A stretch of DNA of 64,000 nt from Octopus sinensis (lineage: Eukaryota), in assembly GCF_006345805.1 (NCBI RefSeq), contig NC_043002.1, positions 12,028,001 through 12,092,000 on the forward strand, read 5' to 3'. A program made the translations under genes and the position numbers. The first letter of the stretch is position 1. Every line of letters begins with the position of its first letter. The notes beneath the pieces are model-generated. The model saw only the letters and a list, made by a program, of their open reading frames with translations. It did no database searches and was not told the origin of the DNA. This document shows positions 14,934 through 26,689 of this stretch, one piece after another.

Positions 14934-15584
14934 GTTGTTGTTGTTGTTGTTGTTATTATTATTATTATTATTATTATTTGTGCAAAAGGCCCCCCCCCCG
15001 TCCAGTGGACGGTGCTGAGTTGTCAAACATTTAAACCAAATTTTCTCAAAACAACTTGTCTGACCGTCCCATAGGCCTCCCCTTTGAGAAACACTGATTT
15101 AACCTGAATTTGAGACAACAGCAAAAGAAGAAATAAAGATAGACTTTTTTCTATTCCAAAGAAAAACGATTTTATACAGACAAATATGCAACCGAAGAGT
15201 TTAAAGTACCAGTAATGATAAGGCTGTTGACTGGGAGAACACAAACATGGTTTAAACAGTAAGCTTGGCAGGAAAGAAACGTGCCTGTAAGCAGTACAAA
15301 AACAACAAAAAATGGAAGGTGCAGTTATGTACAAGTTCACGGAAGTAAAGCAAGACAAAAGCGACGCATGCAAATGGGTTAGCTGGAGGTAAATCTTGAT
15401 GGAAAAGCATGATGAATTTATGAGAACGTAAATGGGACAATAATAAGTTTATCCGATAAAACATGTAGGAAATCAACTTGGGGCGATTTTTGATGAAAAG
15501 CAACAACCTAGGGAACTAGTAACTAATTTTAAACTTAGTTTTCGTGATGTTCAAGGGCATGGAAAAGCTAGTAGCAACAGCTGA

Positions 15585-15748
15585 TGCACTTACGCGTACA
15601 AATGCACGTTTCCACGGCTTTATCGATCGTATTCTCACCTGGAATCAATTTTTGTAATTTTTTCAAGACTTATACACGCGCTGATACCGTCAGTATCTAC
15701 ATATCAAATTTGAGCGCAATAGGATGGAGGATGCCCGAGATCCTAGAA

Positions 15749-15785
<37 letters not shown>

Positions 15786-15800
15786 CGGATCTTATATAAT
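15585..15800 (+). mobile_element. Possible Helentron-associated (HINE/DINE-like) non-autonomous element end
   Basis: caaatttgagcgcaatagg followed by (CA)n and an AT-rich end resembles the HINE layout; recognition only. Confidence 0.3.
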
Positions 15801-16571
15801 AGATTTGGCATTTGCTTTGTATTTGTGCAAATTGATTCCAAGTTTCATAGAGACCTCAAGAAACAACATGTTAGAAGTTCAGGTTGGTGTTATGACTAGA
15901 GTGCCGTATTTTGGGTTTTGCATAAAGTATTGTCCTAGGGAATGCCTATAAAGTTTTAAGAATATTAGAAATTTGTTCTAAAAACAATTAAGATGACAGT
16001 GTGATGTTAAGATGGCAGCTAAGGGTGTTTGCCGTTATGTGCATTTAAAAGTATTTTGACACTGTTTACAGATTAAAATGTTTTGGTGATTACATAGACA
16101 ATATTTTTCTCATGATAAGAGCAGTTCCCATGAACACTTTTTAAAATTATTTCCTCCATATTTCGATTTACTTGTATTTGGGATACGTAGCAATCAGCCC
16201 CTTTTTCCATCACTCCTAGGGCACCTATGACAACAAGTATTGTTTTAGTCTATAGGTTCCACATTTAACCCTTTCTATTCCAAGATCTTTTTACTTGCCA
16301 AGATTTTGGTAGATTTTCACAGATACATATATGTAGATTACGACAGACATATCGATGAAGTGGCATGATTTTTGTTCGTAATTTTATGTTAAATTTTATA
16401 CTCCGGCATACCACATATCAGAAATCTGACAACAGGAATAACCTCAATAATGCACTGGCTATCAGTTGCCTGTGTAAATGCATCGGCAAAAATGATGGAC
16501 ATAAAATCTCAAAACAAAGGAAATAAATAAGTGCTTATTAAACATATTAGAAATAGTTGTTAAATATAGTC

Positions 16572-16732
16572 GCAGGAGTGGCTGTGCGGTAAGAAGCTTG
16601 CTTCCCAACCACATGGATCCTGGTTCAGTCCCATTGCGTGGCACCTTGGGCAAGTATCTTCAACTAGAGCCTCGGGCCGACCAAAACATTGCGAGTGGAT
16701 TTGGCTGAAGGAAACTGAAAGAAGCCCATCGT
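16572..16732 (+). mobile_element. SINE family A, 5' half
   Basis: gcaggagtggctgtgcggtaagaagcttgc...gaaactgaaagaagcccatcg. Confidence 0.9.
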
Positions 16733-16787
16733 ATATATATACATATATATATATGTGTACACACACCACACACACACACACACACAC

Positions 16788-16833
<46 letters not shown>

Positions 16834-17239
16834 TACATATATATATTATATATATATATACATATATATATATATACATATATATACATATGCCCATCTT
16901 CACGTATATACATGTATTTATTTATTTACATTACTTCAACATCCATTTTTCCTCATCCTACATTGAGAGAAGAAAGAGATGGACGCTTCAATTCTATGCT
17001 GCTGCCGCATTATGTCGTACGCGAATGGGAGGATTTGCATCCCAACCAAGAATTTCTGATGTAACATATGTCCTTGTGGAAGCTGTTGTGCGCGGCTGAA
17101 GAAGGCCACAGACATACATTATGCATTGTTATAAATCTGTCTAATAAAGGCCCGAAACATAGGTACCGCTGAATCCTTCGCATCATGTTTTTATTTTGAT
17201 CAATTTACATATATATATACACGTATATATTTGTATATG

Positions 17240-17420
17240 TGTGTTTGTGTCTGTATTTGTTCCCACACCATCGCTTGACAACCGGCGTTGGTGTGTTTAC
17301 GTCCCCTAACTTAGCTGTTCGGCAAAAGAGACCGATATAATAAGTACTAGGCTTACAAAGAATAAGCCCTGGAGTCCATTTGTTCGACTAGAGGTGGTGC
17401 TCAAATAACTGAAACAATTT
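17240..17420 (+). mobile_element. SINE family A, 3' half
   Basis: catcgcttgacaaccggcgttggtgtgtttacgtcccc...gttcgactagaggtggtgctc. Confidence 0.85.
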
Positions 17421-17524
17421 AAAGAATAATATCGGATTGAAAAGTGAGTTAAAACCGTGTTTCCCAGTCGAATATGTCTGGATCTCAGTTATCTTTCGAA
17501 CCGTTTGCTGCATTATTTTGCTTG

Positions 17525-17900
17525 TGTTATTGGTCTGCGGCCATGCTGGAGCATTGCCACGAAGGAATTTAGTACCACAAATCGACTTCAGTAATTCGTT
17601 ATTTATAGTCTGGTTCTTATTTTATCTATCTCTTTCGCATAGACGCTAAGTGACTGGAGCGTAAACAAACCAACACCAATTTTCAATCCGTGTTGGTGTT
17701 AGAACAAACACAGACTCAAGGACACACAAACATAAATATATAAGACGATCTTCCATACAATGTCCATCTATAAAATTCATTCTCCAGGCTTTGATCGGCT
17801 CGGGGCTATGATAGAAAATACTAGATTAAACTGCCGGGTAGTGGGACTGAAACCAAAATCACGTGATTGCAAAACGAGTATCTTAACCACAGAGACATGC
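17525..17900 (-). mobile_element. SINE family A, old diverged copy
   Basis: ctgcggccatgctggagca ... gggactgaaacc ... cttaaccacag. Confidence 0.75.
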
Positions 17901-18516
17901 TTGCTCCTTATACTGATTTTTTTTTTTCGTTATTTTGTGATCTACATCTAACAAAACAGTGAATTTTTGTGAGTTGTGTGTCTTTCTCAGAGAGAAACTG
18001 CCACATAAGTTTTGTGAAACGTCTTCGCCTGAGAATCGAACCACTGCAAGTAGGCTGGGGGGTCGACAGGAGCTTCTGTTTTATCCTGTTCTGCTCTACG
18101 ACACTCAACAGAGATAACAAGTTTTAATAGAATCGGAAACACAACTGATTTTCTTTTTTTTTCTCTTCTTTTATTATTATTTTTTTTTTTTAAGAAAGGA
18201 ATATAAGTAAACGTGAGGAAGATTTTATCTATCGATTAGAAAGAAGAAGACAAGGAGGACGAGAAAGACAGAAAAAAAACCACCTAAATAGTCAACTGCT
18301 TGATCAACAAAGAAAATCTATCGATCAATGAAAGACATTGCTGAACATGTTACTGTGTGAAGAAAATTAACTGACAATTTTATCTCTGTAATTAACCATT
18401 AATATTCATCACAGACACGAACACATATAATCACAACGAACACAAAAATCTGAAGACACGAACGCACTTAAAAGCACATAGATATATATAGTGATACAAG
18501 CACACATACATACATG

Positions 18517-18559
<43 letters not shown>

Positions 18560-18739
18560 GCATATATATGTATGTACAGAGAGAGAGACACGTACATATA
18601 TGCGTACACTGGCGCAGGCGTATTATCTTCTGGTGTTATTTCTTAATGTTAGTAAGAGGGAAAAGCATTATCCATAGTTGAATATTGCTGAACATACCAA
18701 CAGAGATGAGAAATATGATAACATATATATCTATAATAT

Positions 18740-18799
18740 TTTAGATACATATACTTATTTGCCTATATATATATGTATATATATATACATATATGTATG

Positions 18800-18836
<37 letters not shown>

Positions 18837-19063
18837 GTATATATATATGTATATATATATATATTTATATATATGTATGTATATATTTGCATAAATGTAT
18901 ACACATCTTTATATGTATGAGTATGTGCACGTATATATTTTATGTACGTAGTATTTATCTGTATTGCGTTTGATTATATGTTCATATATTTATATATATA
19001 TTTATGTATATACATACATATATATGTATAAATGTACACGTGTCTTTCAATATACATATTTAT

Positions 19064-19097
<34 letters not shown>

Positions 19098-19279
19098 GCA
19101 TATATGTAATTCATTAAGATATATGTGTACTTTAATAATATATATATATATATATATATAATATATATATATATATGTATATATATGTATATATACATGT
19201 ATATATATATCTAAATACATACATATATATATATGTAAATCTGCATACATATACATGTGTGTGTGTGTATTTATATATG

Positions 19280-19321
<42 letters not shown>

Positions 19322-19570
19322 ATATATTATATCACACATTTCATATCTACGCTGTGTATAAATAATATAAATGATTTACTTCAATACTTTTAAAATTTAT
19401 AACATCAATACGTTTGTATGTATATATGTATGTGTGTATGCAAAAATACATATATGTATATACATATAAATACATACATACATGTATATATACACATACT
19501 ACATCCATACATGCATATATACATGCATACGTGCATGCATACGTACATATATACACACATATATATATAG
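18740..19570. repeat. (TA)n/(TATG)n microsatellite field
   Basis: Direct reading. Confidence 0.9.
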
Positions 19571-20937
19571 TTATATGTTGTAAAGTATAAGTTTTATAGT
19601 TATGTTGATGTAAATCATTATATTAGAGACGATAAATTCAGACAGATTATATAATTAATAAGTGTAAAAAATGCGCTCATCTTTAGATGTAGTATGAAAC
19701 CCTATCTACAATTGATGGGTTTACTAAACTATAATCTTCATTACTAACTTTTATAACATTATATAAAATTTTCAAACGCGTTGAAAATATCAATTGAGCA
19801 AAATTGTGTATTCGTCCTCTGCTTAGTATAGAGAAGGCTAACGGCAATCAAAGTACACCCGTATCATGCAAAAATTTGAAATTATATCACAGACATTATT
19901 AAGCTGAATTACTGAATTACACGAGGAAATGCTATTAGATGTTTTACACGACAATAACCTAAGACTAGGAACAGAAACGACCCCAATGATTGGCTTTACT
20001 CTCGGTAAATTTGTGCTTATAATTTTTAAAATGATTTGCATTAAATTGTAATAGTTAATTCAAAACTGGAATTATTTTTTAGAAATGTATATGTAGGAAG
20101 TCACTGAAACACGTTTTCTCTAAAGCTAGGAAATTGAATTAAAGTCTTCTATATATTCATATCTGTATTTTCTATTACCTTCAATCTCATTTTCCAATCC
20201 TAAGCGTTGATAACAGATTATCTCCTGTTGCTTAGAATCCATATTATACGCTTCAAGTTTTCACCTAGCTATTTTCAAGTATTTCTTATGTTAATTTTCT
20301 TGTCTAATGAATAGAAAATAGGTGTGACTTTGACCCACTGAAACGCATCAGTATCGTAGTTTCTACCTGTTTCACCACAGTTAAGTTAAATCCTTGTCTT
20401 ACCGCATTTACTTAAAAGTTAATCATCCATAATCAATATAAGATAAGCGTATGGAGAGCATACTCGCAAAACTGGGCGCGTTTCTGCCAAAAACAGCGCG
20501 TCTAAGAAATGTTCTCTTTTCTTAATAGAGAGTTGTTCAATATCTTATTCAATCTCTTCAATTCCGGATGGAATTTGACGTGTGGTTAAGGCATTTGAAA
20601 TTGGCTGTTTCGAAATATGGCAGAGGCAAATCCAAATAGTGATTGGGTTTTGAATTACTGAATTCTGAGAGGTGGATAGAAACAGTAATTGCTAATCTAG
20701 TCGGAGTCTATATGTCATATAACTAGGCTCCTTCGCAGTTTTATCTGAACATAATTCAACATTTGTTTTTTTCCTTCGCCGGGAAGGAATAGTTCTTTTG
20801 ATCATAAATAATTCATAAATAAAATCTTCCACAAGGTTGTCAGCTCCAATGTCAAATATGTATTTAAACTGCACTCTCTCTGTGTCTTTCTTCCTCTCTC
20901 TTTCTCTGTCCTTCTATATATATATAATATATATATA

Positions 20938-20968
<31 letters not shown>

Positions 20969-21161
20969 CATAGTTAATCCAAACATGAACAAGCAAGAAA
21001 AAACAACGCGAGGACGTGGAACAAGTACAGTGTTATTGGATGCCCAGGAAAGGAAAAAAAAGAAAAAGGATTTCACGTTTCTAGTGGAGCTCTTCGTCAG
21101 AAATATAGAAAAAGTCCAAAGAAGGGAAGACGGAGAAAGAAAATCGCCAACGATACACACG
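20969..21161 (-). repeat. Dispersed repeat copy 1 (PLE terminal-repeat-like) containing HHR-like motif at 21070-21104
   Basis: Direct repeat of 23007-23197 (~85% by eye). Minus strand: ATTT-CTGACGA-A-GAGCTCCACTA-GAAA-CGT-G-AAAT. Confidence 0.75.
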
Positions 21162-21276
21162 AGGTCACATATTATATAGTGAGAATTTACAAAACAAAAA
21201 ACAAAAACAAAAGACAGAGACGGGTGTGTAAACAACAAATAGATGTATTAGTTTAACGCTCAGGAAGTGAGAAAGT

Positions 21277-21312
21277 CTTTTACGTTTCGAGCCCACGCTC
21301 TTCTGCAGAAAG
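21277..21312 (-). ncRNA. Minimal type-I hammerhead variant (core CUGCAGA, A6C)
   Basis: CUUU-CUGCAGA-A-GAGC-GUGG-GCUC-GAAA-CGU-A-AAAG: 4-bp stem I, 4-bp stem II, palindromic ACGU stem III, GUA site. Confidence 0.6.
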
Positions 21313-21451
21313 GAACGCAAAAATAAATAGGGAGAGAAAATACATATATAATGTATATGTATATGTATACATATAGTTCAAATTTACAGAAAACAAGTGT
21401 AGGAACAAGTAGCAGGTATATTAGCTTATGGGTCGGGTAAAATGGAAAAGT

Positions 21452-21487
21452 CGTCTTCGTTTCGAGGCTACACTCTTCGATAGAAAG
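21452..21487 (-). ncRNA. Degenerate tandem copy of the 21277 hammerhead motif
   Basis: CUUU-CUAUCGA-A-GAGUGUAGCCUC-GAAA-CGA-A-GAC; core and stem III mutated. Confidence 0.45.
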
Positions 21488-21616
21488 GATTAAGAGGAAA
21501 CAAGCAGAGGGAGAAGGATAAAAAAATAGAGAGAAGAAATGTGTAGAGATTAACGGTCCAACAGGATAATGATGATGATGATGACGACGACGACGGCGAT
21601 ATATATATATATATAA

Positions 21617-21692
<76 letters not shown>

Positions 21693-21693
<1 letters not shown>

Positions 21694-21950
21694 TTTATTT
21701 AAAGCAGCAGAAAATTCAACAAAACCTGTTACTCTGATTTTTCCGTTGCCGTTCATCGGACAGTTTTTGCGAGAATGGAACCGACATATCGGTTCCATTC
21801 TAGCAAAAACTGTCCGATGAACGGCAACGGGAAACTCAGAGTAACAGGTTTTGTTGAATTTCCTGCTGTTTTAAATAAAGCATATTACTCTGCCCCTGGT
21901 ATTTGAGTACTCTTTTTTCCACCTTGTTTCACATTTATGTGTTTACTCCG
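21693..21950. mobile_element. Fold-back PLE-like terminal repeat (92-bp arms 21693-21784 / 21789-21880, loop CATA) flanked by (TA)n
   Basis: Near-perfect inverted repeat read directly; the plus-strand arm continues to ~21950. Confidence 0.85.
21805..21852 (+). ncRNA. Type-I hammerhead variant (core CCGAUGA, U4C)
   Basis: AAAAACUGU-CCGAUGA-ACG-GCAA-CGG-GAAA-CUC-A-GAG-U-A-ACAGGUUUU: stem I 4 bp + mismatch + 4 bp, GNRA loop II, GUA site; A10.1-G11.1 mismatch in this copy. Confidence 0.6.
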
Positions 21951-21953
21951 GTA

Positions 21954-22052
<99 letters not shown>

Positions 22053-22327
22053 CAATTGAGGGTAAAATTAATTAATTAATCAATTTCACCAAGTGTTCAG
22101 TATGTAAAAGGACCATTTAAGGCGAATTCAAAATTTTACATTATATAATTAGGGCTTAGTAAAATAAATTACTTTGCCACATACTGAACTTAGTAGAAAT
22201 AGCAGCCAAAAAAATTTTCTTATCATTTCTACAACTTAAAGAAAATATCTCTCAGATAATGTTTACTCTAGACAGCCCACGAAGGTTTGGAGGTAAATAC
22301 AGAAAAATATCACAAGTACATAGATCG

Positions 22328-22390
22328 TTTGAGTACGTCAACGTTTCAAGATTAGCCAAATAAAATCAGCATTTCTATCGTCAGCTCAAA
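22328..22390 (-). ncRNA. Type-I hammerhead ribozyme (identical to 22724-22786)
   Basis: Reverse complement of the plus-strand copy. Confidence 0.75.
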
Positions 22391-22723
22391 ATTTCTTAAT
22401 TTGGATTTGGAAACACTAAAAAGAAGGAACTTTACCTATCAGCGAAGTTATCGTTTCAGATGAACCACTCCGACTAACAGTGTCAACAAATTCAAAATGC
22501 GCAGGCGTAAATTTCTTCAATCCGCTTCCACTGCCTCGGTTCTCGCGGTTAAAATATAATGTTTGCTAGATAGACCACGTGGGTGGAAGCGGATTGAAGA
22601 AATTTACGCCTGCGCATTTTGACTTTGTTGACACTGTTAGTCGGAGTGGTTCATCTGAAGCGATAACTTTGCTGATAGGTAAAGTTCCTTCTTTTTAGTG
22701 TTTCCAAATCCAAATTAAGAAAT

Positions 22724-22786
22724 TTTGAGCTGACGATAGAAATGCTGATTTTATTTGGCTAATCTTGAAACGTTGACGTACTCAAA
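22724..22786 (+). ncRNA. Type-I hammerhead ribozyme with extended stem II
   Basis: UUUGAG-CUGACGA-[30-nt stem II]-GAAA-CG-UUGA-CG-U-A-CUCAAA: canonical core, 6-bp stem I, 3-bp stem III, GUA site (predicted cut after 22780). Confidence 0.75.
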
Positions 22787-22974
22787 CGATCTATGTACTT
22801 GTGATATTTTTCTGTATTTACCTCCAAACCTTCGTGGGCTGTCTAGAGTAAACATTATCTGAGAGAAATTTTCTTTAAGTTGTAGAAATGCTAAGAAAAT
22901 TTTTTTTTTGGCTGCTATTTCTACTAAGTTCAGTATGTGGCAAAGAAATTTATTTTACTAAGCCCTAATTATAT

Positions 22975-23006
<32 letters not shown>

Positions 23007-23010
<4 letters not shown>

Positions 23011-23197
23011 GTCAATCCAAACATGAACAAGCAAGAAAAAGGAACAACGCGAGGACGCGGTGCAAGTACAGTATTATTGGACGCTCAGGAAAGGAAAGAA
23101 AAGAAAGAGGATTTCACGTTTCGATCGGAGCTCTTCATCAGAAATATAGAAAAAGTTCAAGAACGGGAGAGAAAGGAAATCGCCAACCATACACACG
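23007..23197 (-). repeat. Dispersed repeat copy 2 containing HHR-like motif at 23111-23145
   Basis: Minus strand: ATTT-CTGATGA-A-GAGCTCCGATC-GAAA-CGT-G-AAAT. Confidence 0.75.
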
Positions 23198-23230
23198 TTG
23201 TCTGTATATATGTCTGTACGCATGCGCAGA

Positions 23231-23265
<35 letters not shown>

Positions 23266-23339
23266 GCAGACATATATATACATCCACATATATGTATGTC
23301 ATAAAATGACTGAATTTCATAATGCTATTAACCCTATAG

Positions 23340-23375
23340 ATATTATTATTATTATTACTATTATTATTATTATTA

Positions 23376-23435
<60 letters not shown>

Positions 23436-23447
23436 TATTATTATTAT

Positions 23448-23502
<55 letters not shown>
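23340..23502. repeat. (TAT)n-(TAG)n compound microsatellite
   Basis: Direct reading. Confidence 0.95.
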
Positions 23503-23503
<1 letters not shown>

Positions 23504-24061
23504 TTGGAAAGAAGGGATAGAATCGACGAGACTAATTTCATTTTTACTCATTTTATCGATCCTGAAATGAAATCTGGAATCCATTAACACCACGTAAAAT
23601 TTGAACACCGAACAGAAAGTGGCCTGGCCCAAAAATCCTTTTAAGCCTCTTCTCACTGACCGCTTATTAATCATTGAACAATTTAAATGGTTATTGCTTC
23701 ACTGTTTCACGGTTCACGTGGCTATCAGTGAGGTAACATGTGGCGTAATTTACATCTAATTTGTGGAAAGACTATTGCTTGTGAAAGAACATTTGTCACA
23801 TTGGAAAATATCTTGCCACCGCAGGAAAACAACGTTGTCATGTGAAATATCATAACATTTGTCATTTTTAACTTGAGATCCAACAGAGCACAGAGAAATT
23901 TATTTTTTCCAAGCTCTTTCCTTAATGGTATTAATATTCAGGATGACCAAAGGAAGAGAGTTTGTTTGATAAATGTAATGTATTTGGTTAAGAATATGAA
24001 AAAAAAATGATGGTAGAGAAGTTTACATAAGCCGTTGCTTTCACGGTATCTGTAGCCATAT

Positions 24062-24784
24062 CTAAGGTGGCGAGCTGGCAGAAACGTTAGCACGCCGGGC
24101 GAAATGCGTAGCCGTATTTCGTCTGTCGTTACGTTCTGAGTTCAAATTCCGCCGAGGTCGACTTTACCTTTCATCCTTTCGGGGTCGATTAAATAAGTAC
24201 CAGTTACGCACTGGAGTCGATATAATCGACTTAATCCGTTTGTCTGTCCTTGTTTGTCCCTTGTGGGTAGTAAAGAAATAGGTATCTGTAGCCATATTTA
24301 TGGGGGCGAGCTGGCAGAAACGTTAGCACGCCGGGTGAAATGCGTAGCAGTATTCCATCTGCCGCTACGTTCTGAGTTCAAATCCCGCCGAGGTCGGCTT
24401 TGCCTTTCATCCTTTCGGGGTCGATTAAATAAGTACCAGTTACGCACTGGAGTCGATATAATCGACTTATTCCGTTTGTCTGTCCTTGTTTGTCCTCTCT
24501 GTGTTTAGCCCCTTGTGGATAGTAAAGAAATAGGTATCTGTAGCCATATTTAAGGCGGCTAGCTGGCAGAAACGTTAGCACGCCGGGCGAAATGCGTATC
24601 CGTACTTCGTCTGTCGCTACGTTCTGAGTTCAAATTCCGCCGAGGTCGACTTTGCCTTTCATCCTTACGGGATCGATACATTAAGTACCAGTTACGCACT
24701 GGGGTCGATGTAATCGACTTAATCCGTTTGTCTGTCCTTGTTTGTCCTCTCTGTATTTAGCCCCTTGTGGGTAGTAAAGAAATA
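24062..24784 (+). mobile_element. Three head-to-tail copies of tRNA-like SINE family B
   Basis: Units start aagg(c/t)ggcgagctggcagaaacgttagcacgcc with gagttcaaattcc B-box. The central gcctttcatcctttcggggtcgat...aagtacc block resembles, from memory, the Nin-type SINE domain. Confidence 0.92.
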
Positions 24785-26171
24785 GGTATCTGTAGCCACA
24801 TCACGAAATATGAATATAAAATGGTGGGCGCAAGCTCTAGCTGCCATAATTCACGAAATAAATACGCTTGCTTATTTGTCATTAGCTGTCCATTGCGTAC
24901 AATGCTAACCATGTTCTACGTTTGAATATTTTTCGATTAGTTTATATCCCAGTTTTCGATGGGCAGCCTCGGTTGTAATCTGGAAATGTAACTACACAAA
25001 CGTACATGCACACATACACACAAATACGTACACTCCAAGACAGACACACATGCAACGATTCTATATTCTAGATCGTCGCTTATTCTGCCAGAAATAACAA
25101 TGAATAATCCTTCGTGCCTTAAATGAAGAGCAGATATAATGGAATAAGCATTCTTAGATGGTAACCAAAAAAAACCAACAAACAACCAAATGAATAAAAG
25201 TGTTCATGGCTGGAATGATTGTGAACACAGTTCGGTTTTAACGTAGCTTAGCTGTGAACATAGATCTAATTAATCACGGCAGTAACATCTGTGAACGTAG
25301 ATATACTTGTTCACAGCTGTCTTGGGGATACACACCATCATCAATTTAATCTGACAATCGCCTGGACTTCCACTACCTGGACCGCTTTAGTAGTTTTAGT
25401 AGAGGCCAGTTTGTTAGGAGCATTTTTGTCTTCCGTTCAATATTGTCGATGGCTCAGACAAAGTGTCAACGAAACTGTCTTCTTCCTCTTTCTAATCAAT
25501 CAATTTATTAAGAAACTGTATCTAACGTTTACATACTTCGCACAGTACACACCACAAGTAGTTACCCTGTCGCACTATACTCTCAAATACACAGCAAATA
25601 TTTCTCACTAACGTTTACACAACAGACAGGATAGACCTGCTATAAACACATTTGGTTTATGAGTTACTTTAACAGAGTTTACTTTGTTGCAAAGAACCAT
25701 ACTGAATTCTTGCATTCTGTATTTCGTTCCACGCACGCATTGATCTGAAGATGTTCGAAGTGCTTCAGACTGATCTTACTGAAATCTTACTTCCTCACTT
25801 CTAACAAATTTACAGAAAACTGTTCCTTCATATGCTTTGAATAACGATTTCTTGTATTGGCATGGTGAAAGAAATTTTTCAACAGAGGGTAACCGCGTCA
25901 CGTCAATCTCAGTTCTTGACTTGGTAAAAAATGTAAAGATAAGGCCTGAAGGGATTTCAACTCAGAATGTAAAGGTTCGTAACTAAATACTCGAAGCATC
26001 TTATCCAATTCTCCGATGCTCTAGAAGATTCTGCGAAAGTTCCAAATAATATTATACGAAATTCAGTACACTAATTCTTCGAATATCGCAAGTGTTACCT
26101 TCCCACCGCATAGTTGAAAATCCGCGGAATAGAAACAGTACTGTACTGTATATATTATTATTACTATCTTT

Positions 26172-26500
26172 ATAGTGATGGCGCATGGCTCAGTGGTTAG
26201 AGCATCGAGCTTGAGGTTGTGAGTTCGAATCCCGGACCAGGCTGCGTGTTGTATTCTTGAGCAAGACACATTTTTTTCCCCGTTGCTCAAGTTCACTCAG
26301 CTGTAGAAATGATTTGCGACGTCACAGGGGTCAAGTTGTATCGGCGTTCGCTTTCCCCTTGGATAACACTGGTAGCGTGGAGAATGGAGGCCGGTATGCA
26401 TCGGCGACTGCTGGCCTTCCATAAACGTCATTTCCCGGACTGGGAGGGTAACTTTCTAGGTGCAATCCCATGGTCAGTCATGACCGAAGGGGGCCTCATC
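26172..26500 (+). mobile_element. tRNA-headed SINE family C with CORE-like domain
   Basis: tggctcagtggttagagc (A box), gagttcgaatccc (B box), then ttcttgagcaagacac...actcagctgtagaaatg. Confidence 0.85.
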
Positions 26501-26689
26501 ATCTCAGTTCAGCATTATTTTTATAATTTGTATATATTTATTTTATTATAGATGCAAAACAACACCATGGAGGAATCGCAGTAAGCTTAAATAATAAATC
26601 GCGATAGGTAAAACGTGATATGGCGTGGGATTACTGTACTGTTATATATATATATGAATACAGACAAACACACACTCACACACACACAC

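Larger units (their letters stand above)
22030..22974. mobile_element. Fold-back PLE-like terminal repeat (arms 22143-22531 / 22583-22974, 51-nt spacer) flanked by (TA)n
   Basis: About 6 substitutions and one indel across ~390 bp arms by manual comparison. Confidence 0.9.

Noticed and set aside
16950-17100. Unique island with open frames on both strands (e.g. HYVVREWEDLHPNQEF)
   Set aside because: Several short frames are equally open and splice signals are ambiguous; cannot be supported without a search.
24045-24801. Repeat-spacer pattern resembling a CRISPR array
   Set aside because: The spacers are ~235-bp homologous SINE copies in eukaryotic DNA, and no cas genes are present.
26172-26250. 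tRNA-like sequence (also at 14440, 33400, 40640, 41630)
   Set aside because: These are SINE heads continuing into SINE bodies, with no complete cloverleaf.
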